Shown in pieces: positions 34,023 to 45,161 of a stretch of 64,000 nt of DNA. The stretch is taken from positions 128,001-192,000 of the forward strand of contig CAWJTV010000013.1 in the NCBI GenBank assembly GCA_963845755.1, read 5' to 3'. Positions within the stretch are counted from its first letter, which is position 1. Every line of letters begins with the position of its first letter. The notes under the pieces were generated by a model. It was not told the DNA's origin and did not search any database. It saw only the letters and a list, made by a program, of their open reading frames with translations. A program made the translations under genes and the position numbers. Source of the DNA: an uncultured Planctomycetota bacterium. Its GTDB lineage: Bacteria > Planctomycetota > Planctomycetia > Isosphaerales > Isosphaeraceae.

Positions 34023-36794
34023 TTGCGTCGCACAACAACGGCATGGATCGCGGGGACGCTCGGGGCTGGCCTGACGGCCTCGATCGTCTTGGCCCAGCAG
34101 CTACCCCAGTCGCGTTCCTCGGGGGGCGGTGCGCCGGACGCGTCGCCGACGGCCGATACCGCGCCGCTGTACGGGGCCGGCAACTCGCGCGGGGGGCGGT
34201 ATCTGCTGCGAAACGGCCTGGACTATCTCCAGTACCAACAATACGAGCGGGCACTCCGGTTTCTCCGCGATGCGGAGAACCACGTGAAGGAGCTGACCGC
34301 GCCCGAGAAGCTCGCGCTAAAAAAGGGGATCGAGCAGGCCCAGAACGGGCTGAGGGCGGCGGCGGACTCGCAATCCCCCTACGCGCTGAGCGAGCGGTCT
34401 CAACCGAGCCGCGGATTCACGGTGGCCCGGCCGGAGACGGCGATCGCCTCGAGCCCGGCGTCGCCGTTTCGCGCGGACAGCCGGGGCCGGTCGGATCGTC
34501 CGGTCGCTCACTCGGGAAACGAGCCCGCGGGCGAGCCGATCCGTCTCACCAGCGTCGAGGCGCCTGAAACCACCCCGCCCCCGACGCGAGCCCGCTCGAC
34601 TCCGTTCGGGAACGAGTTGACGGCCAGCGGCCCTCAGGCAGCGGTCTCCGAGATCCCGACGCTGACCGCGCCGGAGATCCCGACGCTGACCGCGGTCCCT
34701 TCGTCGAACGATCCTGCGGTCCCCGGCCTTGGCGCGAATCCGCCCTCGACCGCGGACCCGGCCTTGGTGCCGGCCAGCCCGAGCCAGCCGGTGACGTCCT
34801 CCGAGCCGAGTTCGAGTCCTCCCGACCGTCACGATGTCACGCCCCCGCCGGACGCCTCGACACAGGCCGCCGCTGCGCTGCCGATCCTCCCCTCAGACCT
34901 CTCGCCGCCGACCGACCAGGTCAACGTCTCGGGTTCGGGCCAGCCCGTGCCCCGGGACCCGGCCGTCGCCGGGGCCGCGACCGCGACCGCGACCGTCCTC
35001 CCGGAGGGACCGTCGGCAACGACCGAGGCCCCCGCGCCGAGCTCGCCGCCGGCACGGCCGAACGTGGAGAGCTCGGCCGCACCGGCAACGGACGTCGCAC
35101 CCGCCCCCCGGCCTGATTCGGAGACAACGCCTCCGGCCGGCGCGCCCAGTCTGACGCCACAGGAAGCCGCGCCCGTCGCCGCCCAGGCTCCGGCCCTGAT
35201 CCTGCTGGAGACGCCTTCGGCGACGGATCAACCCGCTCCCGCACCCGGACCTGCCCCCACGACGGTTCCGGCTCCCACGAACACGGAGAGGGTCGCGCCC
35301 GCGCCGCCATCCGGCGGGCTGATCCCTGCGGCGATGCAGGATTCCGCATCGTCCGGATCGGTACCGACCTCGGAAGAGACGCCCGCGGCTTCCGCCGTGA
35401 CGAGCCCCCAGCCCGCTGACGCGGACGCGACCCCCTTGCCGCCGCTCGGAGCCGATGCGCAGAGCGGTGCCAATTCCAGCGGTTCACCGCCCCAGGCGGT
35501 TGCGGAGCCGGCCGGGGTGTCGGAGGCTGCGAACGCGACGTCTCCAGCCGGGACGGTGCCGGCCTCGGCCGTCGAGACCCCGCCGGTCGAATCCAAGGAA
35601 ACCTACGAGTTGCCGCCCTTGCCGACCGACCTGGGTCGCGAACCGGTGGGCACCAACCCGTCGAGCGGGACCGCATCCACCGGGAGCTCGGCCCCGACGC
35701 CCGCGCCCCTGGTAACCGCGACGGCCGCCGAATCGGCTCCCGCGAGCACCGAGACGGCGAACGAGCCCCTGCCTCCGCTGCCCGTCGGGATCGAGGCACC
35801 GGCGCCCATCGGCGCCGCTGCCGCGCCGGCCCCGATCGGCACCGCGACCGCGCCGGCCCAGGCAGAGAGCCGGCACGACGTCGCCGATGCCGGCTCCGCG
35901 GAGCAACCCCCGGCACAGGCTCAGCCCGGCTCGGCGCCCGTATCGACAGCCGACGGCTCGATTCCGCTTCCTTCCGCCGCAACCTCCGCAGACGAACCAG
36001 CCCCAGCCGCCGCGGTCATCGATTCCGGTGCCGTCCCCGGCGTGAACCCGCAGGCGGACCGTTCGTCCGGCCCCGCGCCGGAAGCCGGCTCACCGCCGAC
36101 GGCCGCGGCCTCCCGGATGGCGTCCACTCCCCCCGGCCACCAGGCCGATCCGTTTCTCCCCGAACGTCCCAACCCGGGCTCGAACCTCGATGTCGGTCTC
36201 CAGCGACGCGTCGAGCAGATCGCGCGCAACCAGGAGCGCGAAGAGGCGCTGCGGATCCACGAGCAGAATCGAGTTCAGCCGGACACCCCGCCCCGTGATG
36301 GCGGCATGTCCAACCTCTCGTCTCAGACCCAGCTCGACATCATCCGTGCCCCGAGCCCGGCCGAAGCCCGGCCCATCAAGGCCATCCCCGTTCCCGAGGA
36401 CTGGGTCCCCCTGGCTGCACGCAAGTGGAGCCCTCAGAGCAAGTACTGGGCCGCCGCGGCCACCTGCCACCTCCCGCTCTATTTCCAGGATCCGGTCCTG
36501 GAACGTTACGGGCACCCGGTTGAACAGTTCGTCGGCCCGGTCGGGCGGTACCTGTCCTATCCCGTCGACGATCCCAAGCAGTCCACCCAGCGCAACTACC
36601 TCGTCCAGCCGTGGTTCTCCGCCGGCCTGTTCGCCTTGCAGATCCTTGCCTGGCCGTACAACGGCATCATGGATCCCCCCTGGGAAGCGCAGTACGACCT
36701 GGGCTACTACCGGCCCGGTGATATGATCCCGATCGATACCTACTGGCTCCCCTTGCATGGCTACGGCCCTCCACTCCGTGGGGACCGGTATTGA
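34023..36794 (+). CDS. Secreted Pro/Ala-rich protein with an N-terminal TPR-like helix pair and a conserved planctomycete-type C-terminal domain
   Basis: Signal peptide; YLLRNGLDYLQYQQYERALRFL; about 550-aa PAST-rich linker; C-terminal WAAAATCHLPLYFQDPVLERYGH..YDLGYYRPGD. Confidence 0.75.
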   Translation: MRRTTTAWIAGTLGAGLTASIVLAQQLPQSRSSGGGAPDASPTADTAPLYGAGNSRGGRYLLRNGLDYLQYQQYERALRFLRDAENHVKELTAPEKLALKKGIEQAQNGLRAAADSQSPYALSERSQPSRGFTVARPETAIASSPASPFRADSRGRSDRPVAHSGNEPAGEPIRLTSVEAPETTPPPTRARSTPFGNELTASGPQAAVSEIPTLTAPEIPTLTAVPSSNDPAVPGLGANPPSTADPALVPASPSQPVTSSEPSSSPPDRHDVTPPPDASTQAAAALPILPSDLSPPTDQVNVSGSGQPVPRDPAVAGAATATATVLPEGPSATTEAPAPSSPPARPNVESSAAPATDVAPAPRPDSETTPPAGAPSLTPQEAAPVAAQAPALILLETPSATDQPAPAPGPAPTTVPAPTNTERVAPAPPSGGLIPAAMQDSASSGSVPTSEETPAASAVTSPQPADADATPLPPLGADAQSGANSSGSPPQAVAEPAGVSEAANATSPAGTVPASAVETPPVESKETYELPPLPTDLGREPVGTNPSSGTASTGSSAPTPAPLVTATAAESAPASTETANEPLPPLPVGIEAPAPIGAAAAPAPIGTATAPAQAESRHDVADAGSAEQPPAQAQPGSAPVSTADGSIPLPSAATSADEPAPAAAVIDSGAVPGVNPQADRSSGPAPEAGSPPTAAASRMASTPPGHQADPFLPERPNPGSNLDVGLQRRVEQIARNQEREEALRIHEQNRVQPDTPPRDGGMSNLSSQTQLDIIRAPSPAEARPIKAIPVPEDWVPLAARKWSPQSKYWAAAATCHLPLYFQDPVLERYGHPVEQFVGPVGRYLSYPVDDPKQSTQRNYLVQPWFSAGLFALQILAWPYNGIMDPPWEAQYDLGYYRPGDMIPIDTYWLPLHGYGPPLRGDRY

Positions 36795-36825
36795 TTTTAG
36801 GAATGGGCGTTGGCCCGAAAAGCCC

Positions 36826-36860
36826 GCGAGCCCCCAGGACCCTGGCTCCTGGGGGCTCGC
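36826..36860. terminator. GC hairpin between convergent genes (probable terminator)
   Basis: 14-bp arms GCGAGCCCCCAGGA / TCCTGGGGGCTCGC. Confidence 0.55.
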
Positions 36861-36910
36861 ATTTCAGCCACTTCGACGAGGCCTCTCACGGGCGACCTGC
36901 CCGTTGACAT

Positions 36911-38600
36911 TCATTTCGGCGCGGGCGGTGTGGGTAGCGCGGGCGCCGCCGGGGCCGCGGCAGGTTCCCATTCGAGTTTCAGCTCCACTTCCTTGCCACC
37001 ACGGAGGACCGTGAGGACCTTCTTCGGTCCGCCCTCCCGGATGGCACCGTTCAGCGCCATCCGGTCGGCGACCTTGGTCCCGTTGACCTTGACGATCACG
37101 TCACCTTCCTTGATTCCGCCCTTCTGGCCGACGCTGTCGTCGAGCACTTCGGAGACGGTCAGCTCCTCGAGCTGGACTCCGAGCGTCCGGCGGTTGCTCC
37201 TCGCAACCGGCGTGCGGAGCTTCTCGCGCGAGAGCAGGTGGTCGAGGTTGGCGATGCCGTAAGCCCCCAGCGCGACGACCAGCGACGAGTGCTTCTGGTA
37301 CTCGGGGACGGCGGCGTCGAAGGTATCGAACTGGGTGTGGTGGGTGTGCTGATATCGGGCCTTGCCCGACTGTCTCCAGAAGAAGCCCGGCACGTTGGCG
37401 GAGAGGAACGAGGCGTGGTCGCTGCCGCCGCCGGTCAGGCCGGCGACTTTCCGCACCGCGAACGGGTAATCGTGATCGAGCTCCTTGACCGGGGTGAAGA
37501 CCTGCTCGAGGTCGCCGAGCATGGCCTCGGTCCCGCCGATCCCGGAGAGGTAATTGGTGCCGCCATCGTGCACGAGCACGGCCGAGATCTTGGGCATGAG
37601 CTCCTTATGGGCCTTCACGTAGGCGGCCGAGCCGAGCAGGCCCTGCTCCTCGCCGCTCCAGACCATGAACCGGATCGTCCGCCTCGGCTTGGCGCCGGCC
37701 TTCATCAGGATCCGGGCCGCTTCGAGGGCGGTGGCGACGCCCGTGCCGTTGTCGGTCGTGCCGGTGGCACCGTCCCACGAGTCGATGTGTCCGCCGACGA
37801 TCACGTATTCATCGGGCTGCTCGACCCCCGGGATATCGGCGATGACGTTGTACAGGTTGATCGGGCCCTTCTTGAAGTAGTTGCGGATGTCGAACTCGAG
37901 GGTGACGGCCTTGCCGTCCTTGAGCCAGGCGACGATTTCCTCGAACTGCTTTCGCAGCAGGTTGACCGCGGGGACGGTCGGGAGCTTGTCCCAGGTGATC
38001 CGGTACTGGCCGCTGGTGACCAGCTCGGAGGCGGCCCCGCGGGCGACGATGCCGGCCACCTTGGCGTTTTCCAGCTCCCTCCGCATCGTGCGGGGGGTGC
38101 CCGGTACCAGCAGCACCCATGCGCCGGCGAGCGTCCCCTTCGCCTTGGCCTCGTCGAGCTCCTTCTGATCCTTGGGCGCGAGCACGGCCTTGCCGCGGAC
38201 CGCGCCTTTCGTACCGGCCGACCACGACATGGTGACGAACTCGAGCGCCTTCGATTCCGGCTCGATGACCCGGCCGAACCACGGGCCGCGATTGAACCCG
38301 ACGGGGAACTCGCCCCACTTATCGAGCCGGGCGTTCTCGATCCCGAACGACTTGAACCGATCGCGCACCCACTCGCAGGCATTGGTGAGGTTGTCCGAGC
38401 TGGTCAACCTCGGACCGATCCGGTTACACAGCACGTCGAGGTGATCCATCACCTGGGGATCCTCGCGCCCCGCGGAGAGGATCCGCTCGAGATCCATGCT
38501 CCGGGCCTTCGCGTTGTCCTTCTCCCCCTGCGCCGACATGGAATGTGACGGATAACCCCGTCACCACAATAGCCCACCCAACCCAGAAACGCCGTCTCAT
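36911..38600 (-). CDS. Secreted M28 family metallopeptidase with PA-like and C-terminal PDZ domains (indel in the signal-peptide region)
   Basis: IGPRLTSS, GGHIDSWD, DNGTG, SGEEQGLLGS, GSDHASF, HHTQFDTFD; PDZ segment IKEGDVIVKVNG. Confidence 0.9.
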
Positions 38601-38813
38601 GCATGACCTCCGTTGAAGAATGACCGGCAGCCAGACCGAATTCGCAACGCCGACCGGAGAGCAATCAGCCACGATTCATTGAGGGAATATTCTTCTCGAT
38701 CCGAACGGCTGCGTCCAGCCTGTCGATTCTCGGACAGTCTCCTCGGAGAATCCGTGCGGCGGTCGTGGGGCCCCGCATTGACGACGGGTGCGCATCACGC
38801 CGATCGCCTCGTG

Positions 38814-39527
38814 TCATGAGGGCGGCTCGACCCCCATCGCCCGCAACTGGGCCGCCATCTGCTCGGCACGTTGACGCTCGGCGTCGCGCTCGCGAGCCAC
38901 CTGGTCGCGCTCCTGGGCCACCTGGTCGCGCTCCTGGACCAACCGGTCGCGCTCGTCGGCGATTTCCTGATAGGTCAAGAACCGCTGGTCATCGGGACCA
39001 AGGATCGTGAGCTCGCTCCCCGAGAGGTCGAATCGGATGCCCAGGCGGGGGCTGGTCCAGCGGTCGATCTGGGGGATTTGAACGAGAACGCCTTGGCTGC
39101 GCTGCCACCCCTCCAGCACGATGTCATCGGGGTCGTAAAGATAGTACTCCTCCACGCCGTATTTCTCGTAAAAAACCAGCTTCTTCTGCATCTCGCGATA
39201 GCTGTTGTTGGGCGAGAGGACTTCGAAGACGACCTGGGGTGCGATCCCGCCTTCCTCCCACTGTTTGTACGACCCGCGGTAGCCCTTGGGACGCCCGATG
39301 GCGACCAGCGCGTCCGGGGCCAGGCAAATCTCGGGGTGCCCGACCACCGGGTACCAGAGCAGGTCTCCGGCGACGAACACGTCGGGACGGTTGCGATAGA
39401 CCCGATCCAGCCCCTCCTTGATCGTCACGATCCAACCGAACTGGAGCGTGTTATCCGCCATGGGCTGTCCATCACTGTCGGGGTAGATGATCTGCGGCCG
39501 CGCAGGACGGGGAGTCAAGATACTCAT
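38814..39527 (-). CDS. Uma2 (DUF820) family PD-(D/E)xK endonuclease with a heptad-repeat tail
   Basis: YPDSDGQPMADNT..APDALV..PQVVFEVLSP..YEKYGVEEYYLYDP; 21-bp repeats encode ERDQVAQERDQVARERD. Confidence 0.92.
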   Translation of the reverse strand: MSILTPRPARPQIIYPDSDGQPMADNTLQFGWIVTIKEGLDRVYRNRPDVFVAGDLLWYPVVGHPEICLAPDALVAIGRPKGYRGSYKQWEEGGIAPQVVFEVLSPNNSYREMQKKLVFYEKYGVEEYYLYDPDDIVLEGWQRSQGVLVQIPQIDRWTSPRLGIRFDLSGSELTILGPDDQRFLTYQEIADERDRLVQERDQVAQERDQVARERDAERQRAEQMAAQLRAMGVEPPS

Positions 39528-39595
39528 GAAACGAGTCCTCGGATGGGCCATCCGGGTCATTAAGAGCGCCTATGGCTAGCGTGGGATAGGGCCCA

Positions 39596-39682
39596 GGAAA
39601 AAGGGGACTGGCTCCCGGCCTCGAGGGGTTCCGTCGATTTCGGGCTCAGCGCCCGTGGGCCGGGTGCCTGTCCCCTTTTTCC
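39596..39682. repeat. Planctomycete-type inverted repeat (AAAGGGGACxGGC)
   Basis: 25-bp arms with 2 mismatches: GGAAAAAGGGGACTGGCTCCCGGCC / GGCCGGGTGCCTGTCCCCTTTTTCC. Confidence 0.7.
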
Positions 39683-39911
39683 GCGCACTCAACCCAAGCG
39701 TGAAGTGCTCCAGGCTTTTTATCCGATTCTACCCGCGCGATCGTCGGATACCAACGTGAAAGGCATCGTCCGAGTCGTTCTTGCGATAAGAACGGCTCTG
39801 ACCGGATCGTTCGAGCTCCCTGCGTCCTTGGAGTCGCCCGAACATCGCGATACATTTGATGAAACCAACGGGGGTTCTCGGGCCGGGTCCTGTCCCGAAA
39901 TCGGTGAAACG

Positions 39912-42900
39912 ATGAACGGTCACCACTTCATCAGTTATTCGGGCGCCAACGCGCAAGACTTCGCCTTCCAACTCCACGACGCGCTGGAAGGGGGACATCC
40001 TCACATCCCGACCTGGCTCGACAAGAAGGATATTAAGGCCGACCGGGATTGGGATGTTCAAATCGACGAGGCGATCCGCGATTGTGCGAGCCTGCTGTTC
40101 GTGATGTCGATCGACAGCGTGGAGGACCACTCGGTCTGCAAGCGCGAGTGGACCCGAGCGCTGCGATTCAAGAAGCCGATCGTGCTCCTCGCCTACGATC
40201 GGGAAGCCGTCCCGCCCTTCCGGCTGGATGGCCGCCAGCACATCGACTTCACCAAATCGTTCGACCAAGCCCTGGCCCCGTTGCGGAACCACTTGAAGTG
40301 GCTCAAAGAGCCCGAGGGCCAGCTCCGCGCTCTGGAAGACCGCCTGGCGGACGCCATTCGCGACCTCCGCCGCGCGGAGGGTTCCGATCAGGAATCGCGA
40401 GTCCGTAGCGATATTGCCGATTTGGAGGCGCAGATCGAAGCCCAGAGGCGCATCGCCGCCGACCCCGAAGCAGCGAAGAAGCGAACCGAGGAGAGCATCG
40501 CGCGGGGCCTGGAGCGGGAGCGGCAGCCGGCGCAACCGGTCGCGGGCATCCCTCGCACCAGATTCCTCAACCCGCGGCCGGCCCTCGCGCCGAGCTACTT
40601 CCAGGACCGCCACGTCGAGACGCAACTCATCGGTGACTTCTTGAAAGACGAGTCCAAACGGCTGATGACGATCGGCGGCCGTGCCGGGATCGGCAAGACG
40701 GCGACCGTCTGTCGCGTCCTGAAGGCCCTGGAACGGGGAGTTCTGCCGGACGACCTCGGGCCGCTCGAGGTCGATGGCATCATCTACCTGAGCGCCATCG
40801 GCTCGCGACGGGTCAATGCGCCCAACTTATACGAAGACTTGCTCAAGCTGCTGCCCGCAGAGTCGGTCCGGCGGGTCGAGCCAATCGTGCGGGACGCGAA
40901 GACCGCCACCGAGGTCAAGATTCGCGCCCTGCTCGAGGCCTTCCCGACCAGCCGCACTGTGGTGCTGTTGGACAACTTCGAGGATGTGATCGATCCCGCG
41001 ACGCACAACCTCATCGACGCCGAGCTGGACGAGGCTCTCCGCGCACTGCTGAGACTGCCTCACCACGGCGTCAAGGTGATCCTGACGACTCGCGTCGCGC
41101 CCCGGGCCCTGAACCTGGTGCAGCCGGGCCGGCAGATGTCACTCGTCCTCGACGGCGGCCTGGAATCCCCCTACGCCGAGAACATCCTGCGCGAGATGGA
41201 CGCCGACGGCAAGCTGGGGCTCAAGTCGGCCACGAACGAGCGGCTGGCCCTGGCGGCGAGCGGACCCGCGGCTTCCCCTGGGCGCTGGAGGCCCTCTTCG
41301 CGATCCTCTCGGCCGACCGCGACACGACCCTGGAGGAGGTCCTGGCGGGGGTGCTGCCCGAGAACGTGACCGAGGCCCTGGTCGGCGAGGCATTCAGCCG
41401 GCTCGATCTCACCCAGCAGCGGGTCATGCAGGCCCTGGCCGTCTATGGCCGCCCGGTGCCGTCGGCAGCCGTCGATTACCTGCTCCAGTCCCATCAGCCC
41501 GGCCTCGACACGCCCCGGTCCTCAGTCGGCTGGTCAATATGCACTTCGCGCGCAAGGAGGCTGGGCGATTTTACCTGCACCCGGTCGATCGGGAATATGC
41601 GCTCTCGCGCCTCGCGCCCGGCGAGGTATCGGACCGCCGGGCCAATGAGCCGGTCTTCACGCTCTACGGCCTCCGCCACCGCGCCGCACAGTATTTCGAG
41701 GAGGCTCGCCTGCCCCGGGCGAACTGGAAGACGATCGAGGATCTCGCGCCGCAACTCGCCGAATTCGACCTCCGCTGCGAGGGCCAGGATTATGAGACGG
41801 CGGGGTATGTTCTCGTGGGCATCAGCTCCAACTACCTGATGCTCTGGGGGTGGAACCGACGGGTGGTCGAGCTGAACGAGTGTTTGCTTGACAAGCTCGG
41901 CGATTTCCACATCAAGCAGTGCATCTTGACGAACCAGGGGTATTCGTACCATTGCCTGGGCCAGTCGGGTCGGGCTCTTGGATACCACGAACAGGCCCTT
42001 GCCATGTCGCGAGAGGACGGCGACCGAAGCTCTGAACGGTACCCCCTCGTCAACCTGGGCCTCTGTTATTGGGCTCTAGGCCAGACCCTCCGCGCCGTCG
42101 ATTTCCTCGAGCGGGCCCAGGCGATCATGCGCGAGGTCGGCGACCGCTATGGCGAGGGGCTCGCCCTCGTTAACCTGGGCCTCTGCTACAGCGACCTAGG
42201 CCGGATGGCCCGCGCCATCGACTCCCTCGAGCAGGCGCTGGCCATCGCGCGCGAAGTGGGCCAGCGAGTTGCGGAGGGAATCGACCTTGAGAACCTGGCA
42301 TGGTGTCACTGGACCCTGGGTCAGACGGCCCGCGCCATCGAGTACGCTGAGCAGGCACTGGCCGTCGCCCGCGCAGTTGGCGACCGGAGAGTCGAGGGCT
42401 ACGCTCTCTATACCCTGGCGCGGCTGTCTATCGATGAAGGGCGGCCTGATGACGCGATCTGCCAGGCGATTGAAGCCGTGCGACTTGGCGAAGAGACAGG
42501 AGACCCAATGATCATCAGCGTGGGCGATGAGAACTTAGCCCTGGCGCATCTCTGTATTGGAGACTTGCCCGCTGCCCGCGCCGCAGCGGAAGCCGCTCGC
42601 AAGCAAGATATCGCGATGAATAACCACAACGTCTTGTCGCTATCGGGACTGATCGCACTGCGACAAGGTGATCGCAACGCGGCTGTCGAATCGTACTCGG
42701 CGGCGATCGCGCAGGCCGAGATGATGCTCGATTGCTGCAACCAGAATTACCAGGCTTTGGATGCCAAGGGATTGGCCCTGGCCGGCCTGGCGGTGCTCGA
42801 AGGAGGCAATCGCGCGGCAGAGGCTATCGCGACTTTCCAAGCCGCCCGGGCGATCACCTCGGCCGCCGGGATCGTCGGCCGCGTGCGGCGGTTGCTCGAC

Positions 42901-42993
42901 GCCCTGGCGCCGGCCGATGCGGCCGGCATGTTGACTCCCATCTACCCGGCCGCTGAGTGGCGCGAGGACTCAGCGGGATCGGCCTCGTCATAG
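39912..42993 (+). CDS. TIR - coiled coil - STAND (NB-ARC-like) NTPase - TPR protein (indels near 41255 and 41510)
   Basis: TIR FISYS..WLDKKDI..IDEAIRDC..VCKREW; Walker A GRAGIGKT; Walker B VVLLDNFE; ILTTR; GFPWALE after frame correction; 40-aa TPRs LGLCYxxLGQxxRAxxxxEQALAIAREVG. Confidence 0.88.
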
Positions 42994-43109
42994 GCGAACA
43001 GCCTCTTCATCGGCATGACGATCTGAATCGCGAAACACGCCATCGTGCTCAAGGACTTCGTCGAGGCCGTCGATGCCGGGGATTGGGAAGGTTTGCACCA
43101 ACCAGGATC

Positions 43110-43586
43110 TCATGTCTGGCGCTGCGGGAACAACCCATTCGGCCGGATCTCGACGCGGGATCGCTGACTATCGAACGTGACGTTGAAGTAGCGAAAGAAC
43201 CCAACTTGACCGAGGGTGATGGTAATCGTCTCCTCACCGTTCGCTTCCGGTGTTTGATACGAGAATGCGACCTTCGGGACGACCCATCGGTACGACGTCT
43301 TTCCTTGCCTCAATTCGAAGCCGATATCCTTACCCTAGAAGCCCTTCGCTTGCTGACCCCCAGTACCTCGGAATCGCGCCGGCTCACGAGAATCGATCGC
43401 AAGGCCCAAGCGAGTAGCCACGTTCATCGGTATCGTCGTTTCATCGGCCCCCGTATCCACCAAACCGAACAGCCTGCTCGTCCCAGCGGGTCCGAAGACT
43501 CTCATCGGAACGACGGGGCGCCAGAGCTTCGGATGAGGATGGGCCGGGCTGGGAACGACCTCAAAAGGGCGGAAAGGAAACCTCAC
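43110..43586 (-). CDS. Retropepsin-like aspartyl protease with an in-frame TAG at 43335-43337 (possible pseudogene)
   Basis: WRPVVPMRV..LVDTGADET..GTGG..GF*GKDIGFEL..LGQVGFFRYFNVTFD; both ORF halves are in the same frame. Confidence 0.8.
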
Positions 43587-43822
43587 CGCCTGAGCCCCCC
43601 TGGAGCGACCTCGAAGATCGCGTCATGTTCTCCGGCGGCTGATGCCGCCGCTTCGGCCTCCTCGATGGTTTTACCTGAGCCGATGATGCGCAGGCCATCG
43701 GACGACCAGGTCACCCAGCGACCAGCCAATTCCATGGGCATGGGCTGAGGTTCATCGCTCTTGTCCAACTCGACTCTCCTGCGATTACGCGGATCCTTTG
43801 ATGATGCCCGACTCTTACTCAT
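43583..43822 (-). CDS. Small DUF5678-like protein
   Basis: ELAGRWVTWSSDGLRIIGSGKTIEEAEAAA; its stop overlaps the protease GTG start (GTGA). Confidence 0.7.
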   Translation of the reverse strand: MSKSRASSKDPRNRRRVELDKSDEPQPMPMELAGRWVTWSSDGLRIIGSGKTIEEAEAAASAAGEHDAIFEVAPGGLRR

Positions 43823-44313
43823 GATCGCGACGAACTCCCAACCTCGACGTCCTCATCCAGTGATCGATCCAAATGGCGGAACTCACGCCCGCACCTGAGG
43901 ACTTCTTCGAAGCCCTCGATGTCGGTGATCGACCCGATCAATTTCTGCAACCCGACCTGGAATCCGGCACCTTCGCGTGGCGCCGTTGAATCTCGGCGAC
44001 CGCTTGCTCGACTGCGGCAAGTCGATGCTCGATCTCTTCTTCCTCGGTCATGGCTTCAACCTTCGCTGCGACTCGAACCTCATACAATGAACTCTATCCG
44101 CCCCCTCTCTCCGGGACAAGCGAAGTCGAAGAGACGCCCCCCGCGAAGAGTCAGCGTACGGCTCGAGTTCCTGCCGTCATCGCCATGCCGCGACCGCTCC
44201 CTTGCCGTCTTGCGATCGTCCGTGCCATAATCCACGCGGAACCATCCGTCAATCACTCTACAATGTAATCCGCCTCAACCAATGCCTGCCGGCTCTCGAG
44301 GAGACCTGGAACC

Positions 44314-45040
44314 ATGATCCCGCCCCGATTGTTTCAAAAGGTCGCCATGCGTGCCGTCCTCTTGACCGTGGTGATGTCGGCGCCGCTCGTGATGCCGTCC
44401 GCGACGCGCGCCGAGCAGTTCGTCCTCTTCGACGCGACCTTCACATACACCAAGAAGGATGCCGATAACTCGAGGCCGAGCAAGTCGCATTACTATGTCA
44501 AGGGTGACAAGCTCAATCCCAAGCGGCCGCGAGACTGGACGGCCCCGGTGGACTATCGCAACGGGACGGTCCACATCCGCGCGGAGGTCCTCGAGAAACC
44601 TCCCGGCGGCGAACCTACGACCTGGACGATCTGCTATATCCCGAACAAGGGGAAAGGGAACGGCTACGGTTGCACGGGCACCGACCTCTACCGCGAAAAA
44701 GGCGTGTATGAGAAAGATATCTCGATGAAATCATTCTGGGAGAACGACTCCATCATCTGGTCGGAAGGCATCAAGCAGATGGATCTGGTCATCAAGGACA
44801 ACAGCGGCGGCCGGGGCCACGCCGCACAAGCGAGCCGATCATGAGAAGTTCTTTCCGACCAAGATGCGGATCACCGTGGTGCAGGTATCCGCCGGTTCAA
44901 AGTACGATCCCAGCCTGGTCCCGAATCTTCCGGCCAGGAAAGTCGAGGTCGGCGCAAGAGTGCAAGACGGCCGAATCGCAGAGGGCGACGAATCGGCCAA
45001 GAAGTCCGAAGGCTGCGCGGCTTGCGAAAAGTCAGAGTAA
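44314..45040 (+). CDS. Secreted hypothetical protein (indel near 44825)
   Basis: Signal peptide ending ATRA-EQFVLFD; continues HKRADHEKFFPTKMRITVVQV after the shift, stop TAA at 45038-45040. Confidence 0.65.
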
Positions 45041-45161
45041 ATGAGGCAAGGTCGCTCGATTGCGGTACCACAAGGCCAGACCGCCTTCCCGCAGGATCGG
45101 ATGCTCGAGCGGCCTATCACGCGCGGATGCGCCGCGTGATAGGCCACCGCATTGCGCGCGA

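Noticed and set aside
41930..42430. DGR template/variable repeat pair in the TPR region
   Set aside because: The 120-bp similarity is ordinary TPR periodicity, the differences are not adenine-specific, and no reverse transcriptase is present in the window.
43335..43337. Amber recoding (pyrrolysine or alternative genetic code)
   Set aside because: Other genes, such as the sulfatase and TIR-STAND, end normally at TAG, and no pyl genes are visible. A point mutation or base error is simpler.
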